Below, one piece after another: positions 8,853 through 18,357 of a stretch of DNA of 64,000 nt. Position 1 is the stretch's first letter; every line of letters starts with the position of its first letter. The notes under the pieces were generated by a model. That model did no database searches. It saw nothing but the letters and a program-made list of their open reading frames with translations, and had not been told where the DNA came from. Origin of the DNA: a virus; the IMG/VR virus record IMGVR_UViG_3300036770_005816, positions 1 to 64,000 of that record, one strand, 5' to 3'. Position numbers and translations under genes: made by a program.

Positions 8853-11800
8853 TTATCTAGGTCCTAAAGATGATGGCGTTGGTGGATTTCCTCCGCGCTC
8901 CTGCTGGTCTCTAATCGCCCGTTGCGTAGCCGCCTCAATCTGTCTGATTATGTCAGGTGTCAACATAGGTGCGTTGATGTTGTTCGTCACCATGTATTGC
9001 TTCATGGCTGGTGAAAGCGTCTTTTCCACATATCGTTCACGCCTATCCGCAGGACCTGCGCCAACAGCCGTACTAATGTTCCCGATTGCGGACGGTCCTG
9101 TGTTGATACCTAACAATTTTTGAAGGTCACCCATTCCTCCGCCAAGATTAAATTTTTGTCCTGCGTCCGCCAAATTAGCCAAAAAGAAAGGATTATCCTT
9201 CATTCCTGTCTCTATGCGACTCATTATTTGAGCGCTAGACATACCGCCCAAACCTTCAACACCACCAAGCAAATCAGTCAAAAGTTCTGGATTTTCCGCA
9301 ACACCTCTTCTTAGGTCAGCAATTAATTGCTCTGGTCCGATTACTTCAAGTAGGCGCGCTTTAATCCTGTCTTTTGAGGCTTGGTCAACACCAGACATCA
9401 AGCCCATCTCAAGGTCTTGACTGATTGCGGCAAACGCGGAAGCAGCACCACCAGCCTCACCATATTTAGCGGTTCCACGCAACAGCGACTGTTCGATAAG
9501 GTTGTCGATTTGTTCAGCCGAAGTATCACCGCCAGCGATGGCTTCTTGCGCAGCGTTCATGCCAGCGACAGCCTCGCGCTCTTGTCTGGCTTTCTCGATA
9601 CGGCTCATTGCTCCTGTTGTGATAAGACCAGTAAGTTCACCCCATTTAGCCTTCACGATTCCAGCCAACTGCGTCATGTTGCGACCGCTCATCATGAGCA
9701 CATCACGGAATGAAAGAACTTTGCTCCTGAGGTTTATGCCTGCTTCGTTAGCCAACTTGTTCATGGCATCAGTGCCCATGCCCATCATTCGTTCTGCGAG
9801 ACCTGCGTTAGCCGTATAGATGTTCACCTGTTTATCAAATCGTGTTAACTGCGCTTCAAATTTCGCAACATGCTTATTGTATTCCTCCATGTGCGTAACA
9901 GTCTTCATGTTTGCTTCATGTTGGGCTATTGCATCGGCTCTTGCTTGGGCAAGACCCTCTATGTCGCCAGCGTTGAACGCATCGTTCATCGACGAAGTGA
10001 ATCCGTCAACAAGTTGCTCACCCATCAACTTTGCTTCGCGTTGCGCTGCACCAGAAGCCATCCATCCTTTTACGCCACCGACAAGGGCGCCAAGACCTGC
10101 GCCAACAGCGGTTCCAATAACTGGAATGAAACTACCCACGGCTGCTCCAATTGCTGCGCCCGCTAAAGCACTTGACCCGGCACCCATAGCACGAGATTTG
10201 CCAGAAGTATTTTTGAATTTGGAGCCAATAAAATCTCCAGCGGCATAAGACCCGCCGGCAATCAAGGCAAGTCCACCTAATCCACCTACACCAACTTTCC
10301 CTCCAGCGCTTCCCAATTTGCCCAATTTGCCACCCTTACCCAAAAGCCCTCCACCGCCAGTAGCGCTAATTTTTGCTCCACCCAAACCCATCATGGACGC
10401 CAAACCAAAACCAGTCATCGCAATACCTGCGCCCTGCTTCAATGCACCACCAGCAGTAGATGTGTCGCCGGCATTTGCCATTGTGTATGCTCCGCCCGCT
10501 GCTAGTAGAGCAGGCAAAATAGGACTTGCCTTCAATTTTCCGTATCCAGAACGGAAAGAACTCTGCATTCTCTGGTATCGCGTTCCTCTATATCCCGCCC
10601 CACCAGGGAAGTTAGTGGGAGTGCCACCAGAGCCAGGAATTACACCTCCCCCAACGGGTGCGCCGTTGACATAAACATTGTTGGCGCGGATAGCCATATC
10701 TTTTCCGAACATGCTTCCGAAAACTTTAAAAAATCTTGAAAATATTGTTAGAGACGCATAGATAGCCAAAATAGCGGTAACGGCTTTAACCAGAGTTCCC
10801 CCTTTACCACCCAAATCCATGATGCGGTTCATAATCTTGGTGAAAATCTCAAAGACCTTTGTTGCGCCCTTGACCATTGCATCCAATGCGGGCAAGGCGT
10901 CAACAAAAGCGCGTTTTAACATGTTCGCATAGTCACCAATAGCGCCTATGAACTTGACCATGGTGTCGGCGAACTGCTCGATTCTGTCACCATTTTTCAA
11001 AACCAAGTCGGACAAAAAGTTCATTCCGCCACCGAACTTGTCCATCAAACCTTCAAATAAAGGTCCGAAAAATTTATCAATCAGCATTTGACCAGCGGGA
11101 ACAAATTGTCGCGCCCAGTCCTGCATTTTTTCAAAACCACCACTGATTTTGTCAAAAATCGACTTTATTTGCTGGAAGAAAGTTGGCGTCGTATTGATGT
11201 ACTTGTTCACCAAATTGACCAGCAAATCACTCGCCTTTTGAACGAAAGATTCTGCATCTCTAAAAAACTTGTTGGCACCAAATTGTCTCAAAACAGGTGA
11301 AAGCCTGAGAATCGTAACTTTCAGAGTCGTGCCAATTCTCTCAACCGCATCACCAGCAGGACCAAGAAATTCTTGACCCAAATCTTGCAACAACGCCTTA
11401 ATATCAGCCATCGTCGTCTTGAACCGACCAATAAGCGTGTTATTCAACAAATCCAACTGACCCGCATATTTCTTTTGGAAAGTCTCACCAAGATTTCCTT
11501 CCGCGGCTGCTTTAAAGAACTCCTCCTGAGTCTTAATGCCGAGCGCTTTAGCCTCTTTGATAATTTTCTCAAAGTCAGGACCGAGTGCCTTAGCCTCCTC
11601 GCCCGCACCACCAAGACCGCTCTTTTGAACCTTGGCAAAAAACTCTGCAAGTTTCTCAGTGTTCTTGCCAATGTCGCCACCACTTCCTGTGACGATGTTC
11701 ATCAACCCCTCAAACGCAGCGACAGTTTGCCCCGTAACGGGAGCCTGCTTGCTCAAAGTTGTGAACGCAGACTGCAAAGACTTTGCGCCAGCAACTGCGA

Positions 11801-12419
11801 GCGAAGACCTGTTAACAAACATATCCATTGCTTGCGATGCTGCCGTCAAACGGTCAGAGGTGTTCATGCTCCCTTCCGCATACATCGGAGCGACCTGTGC
11901 GGCTTGGAATTCACGCTGAGCAGCAATAAATGTGGTTAGCGCGACAGAAGCAGCAGCAAAACCATAGGCAAGACTGCTCATCGCCGCGCGATACAGTTTT
12001 ACGAAGCCTGTGCCAGACTTAAACAAAGCGGTAATGAGAGCCATACCGCCAGCAAGAAGAGGCAACTCAATCAAGGCAAGTTTGTTGACAAGGCTTATCA
12101 TCCCACCAAACGCGCCAATCAGTTTCCCCATATCTTGACGGAAAGCAAAAGTCTGTTTCAACAAACCCGCATAACGACCCCTCAAAAGCCTTGATGAGTT
12201 TCCAGCCCTGCGCATTGCGTTACCGAGACGGTCTTGGTCTCGGGTGGTACGGGTGTTTTCTTCCCGAACGCGTCTCGTGCTTTCATGAAGACGCTCAGTC
12301 TCATCATTCAGTTCTTCAACATCACCAGCCAAACGTCGCAAGGCTCGGCGCATAGCCTCAATCTGCGCCGTATCCGCATCAACATCAATTGTTATTACTA
12401 CGCGCTCTGCTGCTGGCAT
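8853..12419 (-). CDS. Tape measure protein
   Basis: 1188 aa, helical, Ala/Gly-rich, with hydrophobic GAAIGAAVGSFIPVIGTAVGAGLGA; follows the chaperone genes. Confidence 0.9.
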   Translation of the reverse strand: MPAAERVVITIDVDADTAQIEAMRRALRRLAGDVEELNDETERLHESTRRVREENTRTTRDQDRLGNAMRRAGNSSRLLRGRYAGLLKQTFAFRQDMGKLIGAFGGMISLVNKLALIELPLLAGGMALITALFKSGTGFVKLYRAAMSSLAYGFAAASVALTTFIAAQREFQAAQVAPMYAEGSMNTSDRLTAASQAMDMFVNRSSLAVAGAKSLQSAFTTLSKQAPVTGQTVAAFEGLMNIVTGSGGDIGKNTEKLAEFFAKVQKSGLGGAGEEAKALGPDFEKIIKEAKALGIKTQEEFFKAAAEGNLGETFQKKYAGQLDLLNNTLIGRFKTTMADIKALLQDLGQEFLGPAGDAVERIGTTLKVTILRLSPVLRQFGANKFFRDAESFVQKASDLLVNLVNKYINTTPTFFQQIKSIFDKISGGFEKMQDWARQFVPAGQMLIDKFFGPLFEGLMDKFGGGMNFLSDLVLKNGDRIEQFADTMVKFIGAIGDYANMLKRAFVDALPALDAMVKGATKVFEIFTKIMNRIMDLGGKGGTLVKAVTAILAIYASLTIFSRFFKVFGSMFGKDMAIRANNVYVNGAPVGGGVIPGSGGTPTNFPGGAGYRGTRYQRMQSSFRSGYGKLKASPILPALLAAGGAYTMANAGDTSTAGGALKQGAGIAMTGFGLASMMGLGGAKISATGGGGLLGKGGKLGKLGSAGGKVGVGGLGGLALIAGGSYAAGDFIGSKFKNTSGKSRAMGAGSSALAGAAIGAAVGSFIPVIGTAVGAGLGALVGGVKGWMASGAAQREAKLMGEQLVDGFTSSMNDAFNAGDIEGLAQARADAIAQHEANMKTVTHMEEYNKHVAKFEAQLTRFDKQVNIYTANAGLAERMMGMGTDAMNKLANEAGINLRSKVLSFRDVLMMSGRNMTQLAGIVKAKWGELTGLITTGAMSRIEKARQEREAVAGMNAAQEAIAGGDTSAEQIDNLIEQSLLRGTAKYGEAGGAASAFAAISQDLEMGLMSGVDQASKDRIKARLLEVIGPEQLIADLRRGVAENPELLTDLLGGVEGLGGMSSAQIMSRIETGMKDNPFFLANLADAGQKFNLGGGMGDLQKLLGINTGPSAIGNISTAVGAGPADRRERYVEKTLSPAMKQYMVTNNINAPMLTPDIIRQIEAATQRAIRDQQERGGNPPTPSSLGPR

Positions 12420-12463
12420 TTCCGAACCTCTTGGCTAGGTCGGATATGAGCGCTCCAGCGAAA

Positions 12464-12664
12464 TCAGCGACTACGGCGCTTTTCTTCCGCTTCCTGTTTT
12501 TCTCTATCCTGCTCTACAACTTTAGCACAGGCGAGACGAATCAGCCATTCCTCTTCCGTGCAGTCAAGCAATGCAATAGGGTCAGTGCCCCAAAGTTCGC
12601 CTAGCCGCGCCGCTGTGGCGACGCGTCCGTCATTGACTAGTTCGACGAACGCGTCTTCGTAGGG
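12464..12664 (-). CDS. Tail assembly chaperone, frameshifted extension (gpGT-like)
   Basis: Open -1 frame PYEDAFVELVNDGRVATAARLGELWGTDPIALLDC...RRSR* with no ATG; overlaps the end of 12637-13143 at G-GAC-CCT-ACG. Confidence 0.65.
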   Translation of the reverse strand, partial: PYEDAFVELVNDGRVATAARLGELWGTDPIALLDCTEEEWLIRLACAKVVEQDREKQEAEEKRRSR

Positions 12665-13143
12665 TCCAGTGCCTCAACATTGTCACCATAACCTGCAGCC
12701 TCAATAATCGCGACAGCAGCAGCCTCAATGTGAGGCTCCAAACCGAAAAAGGCGTGAACACAGTCAGGATGCGGACGAGTAGTCCCCGTCATCTCCATAA
12801 TTTCAGGAGACGCAAAAGTCAACTCAACACCCTTGTCATCAGTAACGACTTCGTCGTTCACAACGATGCCCGTGCAAGTAGCGGCAATCAACTGACACGA
12901 AAACTTGAGGGTGTCCATGCCCTTCTTGGTCTCTTCGCCTGCGTTCTTGCGCCATGCACGCATCTGATTCTGCGTGATGTTCGGCGAAACTCTGACCATT
13001 ACCCCCGGTCGCTCAGGAACCTGAACATAAATATCAGGACGGGTAACCTTCTGTGTGATGATGCTGCGCAACTGACCAAGAACAGTCGGTTCGCTAGCGG
13101 TATTTGGTGTGTCGTCAGAAGACGAAAAAGTGAAGTTGCTCAT
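12637..13143 (-). CDS. Tail assembly chaperone (gpG-like)
   Basis: Between tube and tape measure; ends ...EALDPTKTRSSN. Confidence 0.75.
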   Translation of the reverse strand: MSNFTFSSSDDTPNTASEPTVLGQLRSIITQKVTRPDIYVQVPERPGVMVRVSPNITQNQMRAWRKNAGEETKKGMDTLKFSCQLIAATCTGIVVNDEVVTDDKGVELTFASPEIMEMTGTTRPHPDCVHAFFGLEPHIEAAAVAIIEAAGYGDNVEALDPTKTRSSN

Positions 13144-13150
13144 ACGGCAG

Positions 13151-13184
13151 ACACTAGCACCACGGCATAGCCGCGAAATGCAAC
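13151..13184 (-). promoter_or_regulatory. Candidate late promoter GTTGCATT-N20-TAGTGT (leaderless)
   Basis: Motif shared with three other intergenic sites; -10 lies 7 nt before the ATG. Confidence 0.55.
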
Positions 13185-13199
13185 TACCTCAAGCAAGAA

Positions 13200-13682
13200 T
13201 CAGGCTGTACCAGACGGGTTGGTTCCAACCGAAACCGTCGAAATGCTGAAAGTCATCGCGAAGGTGGCAGGGGTTCCCGAGGTGGCGTCACCATCAGGCT
13301 CGGTCAAACCGACCAAGAGAGCCTGCGTGTACTGCCTGTCGGCACCCGGCACCGCAATATCACAGTCAAAGACATGGATGTCGATGTTGTAGCGGGCGCG
13401 ACCAACCAACTGACGCAAATCCTGCAACTTGTTGAGGAACGCCGCGTCTTGCGAAACATAGCCCGTGACCGTCACATCGCCAATTTCGGCAGGTGCACAC
13501 AGCGTCTCGGGGAACAGGTCACCACCGTGATAAACCTTTTCCACAGCCGCAGTGATTTCGCCACCGCTGACCTGCGTAAAGTAGTCAGGAAAGGTGGGAA
13601 GATTTGCACCCTGAACCGGCGAAATCTTCGCGACAATCTGTCGCTGAGTCGCAAGATTCTTGAAGAGAGTCGGACGCGCCAT
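13200..13682 (-). CDS. Tail tube protein
   Basis: 160 aa directly after the sheath; FTQVSGGEIT, IGDVTVT and PDGDATSG motifs. Confidence 0.8.
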   Translation of the reverse strand: MARPTLFKNLATQRQIVAKISPVQGANLPTFPDYFTQVSGGEITAAVEKVYHGGDLFPETLCAPAEIGDVTVTGYVSQDAAFLNKLQDLRQLVGRARYNIDIHVFDCDIAVPGADRQYTQALLVGLTEPDGDATSGTPATFAMTFSISTVSVGTNPSGTA

Positions 13683-13693
13683 TTATTCCTCCG

Positions 13694-15157
13694 TTATTCG
13701 AGTGCTGTGGTCAGGTTGGACTTGATAAGGTCAACTTCAATCTTGTCTCCGATGCTGGAGACTCGGACACCGACGCGAGCCTTCACGGTTCCCGTCTCAA
13801 GTTGGCTTGCGGGGTTCAAAGCCGCGTCGCACTTGATTGTGTAGCCGTAGTCAAGTCTCTTGCCGAGGGCATCGAAGCCCTCATAGAAACCACCAGCGAT
13901 ACGAATCGGCTCAAGGATGCCTTGGAGGGCGTTGATGATGTTAGCGAACACCACTGAGCGACCGTCAATCGTGGAGAAGACGAGGTCATCGAGTGCGTTC
14001 TCAGCCTGCACGACGATGTAGTTGATGACATCGCGGGCATTGATGAAACGCCACTGCTGAGTGAGCGTCGAGTGCGAACGCGCACCGTAGATTCTCACAC
14101 GACCGTTAACAAGGCGAAGCGGGTTGACCCTGTCGCCTTCCATTCCGTCTGCATCAGAACGGCTCACCGTAAGGGCTAGACCGCTGACGAAGGAAGCCTC
14201 GGACGCAACTCCTGCGTAAGCCTTCCACGGACCTGCCGCGTTGTGCGTCTTGGAGCGAACAGCCGCAACGAAACCGTCGGGCGGAATGTTCACAGTGACA
14301 GAACCGTTGGGAATCTGCACCCAAGGATGATAGAAAGCCATGTACTCGTGGTACTCCGTACCCGTGTACCCCGTTGACGCGGCGCGAGCCTGTGAAAGCG
14401 TCGCAGTCGAAGCAAACGAACAGATTGCAATTCGGTTGTTTTGATAGGCGTGCGTGCGCATCGCATCATAAACAGCGGCATCGCTCGAGCCGGTTGCGAC
14501 ACCGGGGATGGACACCGCACCAGAACCGAGTTCAGTCGTGAACAGCGAGAGCGCTGCAGTGTAATCGGTTTTTGCGATAGCACCGTCTGTGCCACTAGTG
14601 AAAGCCGACTCCGAAACGGCGACCAAAAGGCTCGAACCACTTGCACCAGATGTGAGTGAAGCAGAGAAATAGTTGGCGGCAGTTGAGGAGAAGTTGATTG
14701 CAGTAATCGCCTCGTCAAGGCTCGTAAATCCGAAACCGCTGAAAACCTCGGCGTCCGCATATGTAACAGTCAAATCAAAGTTGATTGTGTTGTTGACGAC
14801 AGTCGCTTCAAGACTGTTTCCCCAAGTGCCTGCACCGACAGCAGTAAGAGTGATTCCGGGAGCACTCGAAGGAGCATCCAAATCGACACTTGCGGCAACT
14901 GCTGCCGAGGCGGTTGCCCGCGCAACATACGCCTGAACTCCGCCTTCCTCGAAGAAGGTCTTCAGCGTGTACCAAGTGTAGTGCCCAGAAACATGTCCAC
15001 CGAACTTCGTCTCAAAGTCCTCAAGCGAAGTGACAAGCACTGCCTCTCCGTCGATTCCTCGTGCTGTCTGACCGACGACGAAGAAGGTTTGTGCTGGTGC
15101 TGCACCGGCATTGACGGCGCCTGTGCGAACTGCTGTTGAAATCGTTACTCCGGGCAT
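13694..15157 (-). CDS. Contractile tail sheath protein
   Basis: MPGVTI, FFEEGG, GTWGN, YHPWVQ, PPDGFVAA, VNPLR and IYGARS sheath motifs; GGAGG RBS. Confidence 0.93.
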   Translation of the reverse strand: MPGVTISTAVRTGAVNAGAAPAQTFFVVGQTARGIDGEAVLVTSLEDFETKFGGHVSGHYTWYTLKTFFEEGGVQAYVARATASAAVAASVDLDAPSSAPGITLTAVGAGTWGNSLEATVVNNTINFDLTVTYADAEVFSGFGFTSLDEAITAINFSSTAANYFSASLTSGASGSSLLVAVSESAFTSGTDGAIAKTDYTAALSLFTTELGSGAVSIPGVATGSSDAAVYDAMRTHAYQNNRIAICSFASTATLSQARAASTGYTGTEYHEYMAFYHPWVQIPNGSVTVNIPPDGFVAAVRSKTHNAAGPWKAYAGVASEASFVSGLALTVSRSDADGMEGDRVNPLRLVNGRVRIYGARSHSTLTQQWRFINARDVINYIVVQAENALDDLVFSTIDGRSVVFANIINALQGILEPIRIAGGFYEGFDALGKRLDYGYTIKCDAALNPASQLETGTVKARVGVRVSSIGDKIEVDLIKSNLTTALE

Positions 15158-15244
15158 CCGGTGTCCTCCGTCGTTTAGTGCAACTCAGGAAATATTGCTA
15201 TTAGCGAGTATACATTAGGTGAGTTGCGCAAAAATGAAACTCGC

Positions 15245-15571
15245 TTAAATATCTGTGGGTTCTTCATTGGACGAAGGCTCTGACTCTTCAGCCGGGGCAA
15301 CAGGAACGCTTTCTTCCACCGATGGTTCGATGGGTGCTGGTTCTTCTTGCTTCGCCTTCGATTTTGAAACTTTTTTTGCGGGTTCACCAACCACAGTCAA
15401 GAAACCTTCGTCAAGCAAAGACACCAAAACAGGGCTTTCCTTTACCCATGCAGTTTGGTGGCTGTCCAATAGGTGACCTTCATCCGTTACCTGAAGCGCT
15501 CCACCTGTGGCATTCCAAACTTTGAGCATCCCCGATGCGCCAGCAAATGTTGGGTCTAGGTTAATCTTCAT
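15245..15571 (-). CDS. Hypothetical protein
   Basis: 108 aa with acidic Pro-rich tail, in the morphogenesis operon. Confidence 0.6.
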   Translation of the reverse strand: MKINLDPTFAGASGMLKVWNATGGALQVTDEGHLLDSHQTAWVKESPVLVSLLDEGFLTVVGEPAKKVSKSKAKQEEPAPIEPSVEESVPVAPAEESEPSSNEEPTDI

Positions 15572-15573
15572 GC

Positions 15574-16167
15574 TTAAGCCTCACGTAAATTGAAGGTATC
15601 TAGGTCGGTGCTCAAATGAGAACCGACTTGGTCTCTGTATATAATTTCGTTAATAGTTAGATTATACCCCAAATAAGCACCCGCAAGAACTCTGTCACCT
15701 TTTATCAAGGTCAAATCAGAAAACTCTTCAGTCAATGTTGATTCATCCAAATTGACATCACAACCATATGTTTCATCATGCCTATTCAGGGAAGGTCTGT
15801 CAAGCAATGCCGAGCGAAGAACAGTTGTGAGACGGTCACGCATCAAAGTAACCTGCTCAGAACCTTCGGTTTTCGTCCAAACATAAGTTCGCATCGTGTA
15901 ATTCACCCGATACATGGGGTCACCCTCCGCACCCATCATCAATCTGTCAAATCGGTTTGTGGAAATAACAACCGTAATCAGAGTCGGCCAGTGGTCAAGG
16001 GCTATCGGCTCATAGGTTAGGTACAACTCGGGTGTCGGAAGTTCCCTATCGTCGAGGTTCCATCCACTTCTGTACTTGATTAACCTATTCGGAAAATCAG
16101 AAGACAGATAATTGTTGACGTAGTACTTCGCGAATTGGGCGCCCTGCATCAACTCACCGTAACTCAT
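15574..16167 (-). CDS. Tail completion/terminator-like protein
   Basis: Between the morphogenesis gene and sheath; start moved to ATG 16167 (TAATG coupling). Confidence 0.55.
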   Translation of the reverse strand: MSYGELMQGAQFAKYYVNNYLSSDFPNRLIKYRSGWNLDDRELPTPELYLTYEPIALDHWPTLITVVISTNRFDRLMMGAEGDPMYRVNYTMRTYVWTKTEGSEQVTLMRDRLTTVLRSALLDRPSLNRHDETYGCDVNLDESTLTEEFSDLTLIKGDRVLAGAYLGYNLTINEIIYRDQVGSHLSTDLDTFNLREA

Positions 16168-16694
16168 TATGACTCCGGTAGCAGTTGTCCAGCAGCCACG
16201 CCGATACGACCTTCGACAACATGGCGTGCACAAAGAACCGCGAGCATCGCCGAAAAGCCGGCAGGCTCATAGACGATTTGTCGTTTCGGCATTTTGCTTG
16301 TTCCATATTGATGGAACTTTGCGTACTCAATATGGGTGCCGAATTCTGCGCTCATGTCATTAATTTTGTTTGCAGGACCATCCAAGTTGCGCAAAGAATT
16401 AAACAATCGTTTCGTGAGGACAAGCATTGCGCCAGCACCAGCAGTTCCCCTTGCACCTCTGCCACTAACCCCGACACCACCACCTTCTGCCTTCCATGCC
16501 GCATATCGCGAGTTCAGAGGCGCCCAACCACCGACGGGCAAGCCATTTGTGGCAAAATTATTTCCGTTCATTAAACCTAGTTCTCGTTTAGCCCACTTGA
16601 AAACAGGTTTGAAGTTTCGCATTCTGTCACTCATGCCTTCGAGCAGACGCTGAGCATCGTCGTCATCGACGCGAATTCTCATTTGGACAGGCAT
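16167..16694 (-). CDS. Virion morphogenesis protein (Mu gpG / P2 gpS-like)
   Basis: GWAPLNSRY...MLVLTKRLFNSL...GTHIEYAKFHQYGTSKMPKR motif. Confidence 0.8.
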   Translation of the reverse strand: MPVQMRIRVDDDDAQRLLEGMSDRMRNFKPVFKWAKRELGLMNGNNFATNGLPVGGWAPLNSRYAAWKAEGGGVGVSGRGARGTAGAGAMLVLTKRLFNSLRNLDGPANKINDMSAEFGTHIEYAKFHQYGTSKMPKRQIVYEPAGFSAMLAVLCARHVVEGRIGVAAGQLLPES

Positions 16695-17332
16695 TAAATT
16701 CTCACTCTTCGCCAACGCTTCAGCGAAGCAAGTTCCTTTTCCATGAATCCAGTTTCTAGCGGAGCAACATTTCTAGTCTCCAAGTCCTTGATACCAACAA
16801 CGTCATCGTGCATGTTCTGCATTTCCCGTGTTGCGGCGCGAAGAATGGTGAGTTTGAACATTTTGATGTTTTCGCCAGCAAGACCAGCGTCGTATTCAAT
16901 AACGATTCTGTCGTTAGCAAAAGATGTGTACAAGTCCAATCCGTATTTGCGTACGATGTAGTCGCGCCCCTCGACTTGCAGATGCGCAACAGTGGGTTCT
17001 TGCGGTCTATAAATGTTCACAGAAGCAACTGAAACAACTGGCGAGTTTTCAAGATAAATGGTTGGAGGCGGAGCCGCGATTAAGCCGATTTCTCTTGTTG
17101 CGCCGTCATCGCCTGCATCGTCCCAATCGTAGAGAAACGATGTGAGCGGAAGACCAGAGTGGTTATGTTCCATCACATGCTCTTCAGTGAAAGTTTGAAC
17201 TTCTACGGGTCTGCCCAAGTACGACTCAAGTTCGCTTTGCAAGCCCTCAAGAACGTATTCGGCAGCCTGCTCCTGCCTATTGGAGAAACGAATATCCATG
17301 TAGTTTTGAAGTTCAGTTACCGTTACGAGCAC
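16694..17332 (-). CDS. Head-tail adaptor/connector
   Basis: LVTVTELQNYM...ELESYLGRPVEVQTFTEE, PVVSVASV, IEYDAG and LKRWRR. Confidence 0.75.
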   Translation of the reverse strand: MLVTVTELQNYMDIRFSNRQEQAAEYVLEGLQSELESYLGRPVEVQTFTEEHVMEHNHSGLPLTSFLYDWDDAGDDGATREIGLIAAPPPTIYLENSPVVSVASVNIYRPQEPTVAHLQVEGRDYIVRKYGLDLYTSFANDRIVIEYDAGLAGENIKMFKLTILRAATREMQNMHDDVVGIKDLETRNVAPLETGFMEKELASLKRWRRVRI

Positions 17333-17348
17333 GGTTCAACCTCCCGTG

Positions 17349-17753
17349 TTATCGTCTACGGGAACGGCGACGCTCCAAAAGGTTTGCGGCTGCTCTCGCT
17401 GCTCGCGCCAAACCCCTTCGGATTCTCCCAACTCGTCTACCCGATGAACGGCTTGCTACTTGACGCGCAGGTCTACCACCGCCGGCTGCCCTTGCGTTGC
17501 CAGCAGCCCTGCCTGCCCTACGACCAACTGCTCTAGTTCTGTCTCTTCCGGATGCCGCTCTTTGCGCTGCTCGACGACCAGCAAGAAGTTCCTGCTGACG
17601 GCGACGATAGTAGCGAGCATTACCGGGAACTGTTCGCCCACCGACACGACGAGGACGACGCACAAAACGACCGCGGCGAACAACATTGCCTCGTCTGTCT
17701 AGACCGGTTCTGAACTCAATATCTTCGGTAAAAGGTGACCTTGGGCGTGGCAT
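17349..17753 (-). CDS. Arginine-rich basic protein
   Basis: GGAGGG RBS before ATG 17753; MPRPRSPFTEDIEFRTGLDRRGNVVRRGRFVRRPRR...RRRSRRR. Confidence 0.7.
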   Translation of the reverse strand: MPRPRSPFTEDIEFRTGLDRRGNVVRRGRFVRRPRRVGGRTVPGNARYYRRRQQELLAGRRAAQRAASGRDRTRAVGRRAGRAAGNARAAGGGRPARQVASRSSGRRVGRIRRGLARAARAAANLLERRRSRRR

Positions 17754-17808
17754 ATCCCTCCAAAAAGTACACTCAGACTTTACCACACTAATTATGGCTG
17801 TGAAATCA

Positions 17809-18357
17809 CTACCTATCAGGATTTGGCGGTCGCTCAATAATCGAAGATTCAACTTCCGTAACCTTGGGAACTTCCACTGGGACCCAGGCACGGGAATACT
17901 CATATTTCTCTAAATCTTTTCGCTTCAGCAAATCCCCAGTAGCCAAAAGTTCTATTTCGTCATCCGACATTGACAGTATGGTCGCAAGTTCGTCGTCACC
18001 ATATTTATTGGAATTGAGTATCCTTTTTACAGCCCTGCTCAAAAGAACAGGATGGGTTGCGCCCCTAGCCCTATTCAAACGGATATGCAAAATCATTGCG
18101 TCTATTTCGTCCACATCGTGATACAAAACAGGAACAGAAGAGCCGTGCCTCTTCACGAATCGCTCTTCAGTGGAAGCAATGTGCCATCGGGTGGTTCCGT
18201 CAATAATCGTCTGGTCTTCAAGTCTGACAACAATCGGCTGTAGCCATCCAGACTCAATCAAAGAAGTGCGCAACAACACCACGTCAGGGCGCAGGATATA
18301 TGTCGCTTTCCATGAAGGTGGTTTTATGGAAGAAGATGGAACTGTATGAATTTGCAC
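17809..18357 (-). CDS. ParB/Srx-like N-terminal domain protein (IbrB-like)
   Basis: SLIESGWLQPIVV...IIDGTTRW...IRLNRARG; C-terminal YSRAWVP. Confidence 0.8.
   Translation of the reverse strand: MQIHTVPSSSIKPPSWKATYILRPDVVLLRTSLIESGWLQPIVVRLEDQTIIDGTTRWHIASTEERFVKRHGSSVPVLYHDVDEIDAMILHIRLNRARGATHPVLLSRAVKRILNSNKYGDDELATILSMSDDEIELLATGDLLKRKDLEKYEYSRAWVPVEVPKVTEVESSIIERPPNPDR

Noticed and set aside
17754-17903. N-terminal extension of the Arg-rich ORF given in the track
   Set aside because: Overlaps the ParB-like gene; the strong RBS supports ATG 17753.
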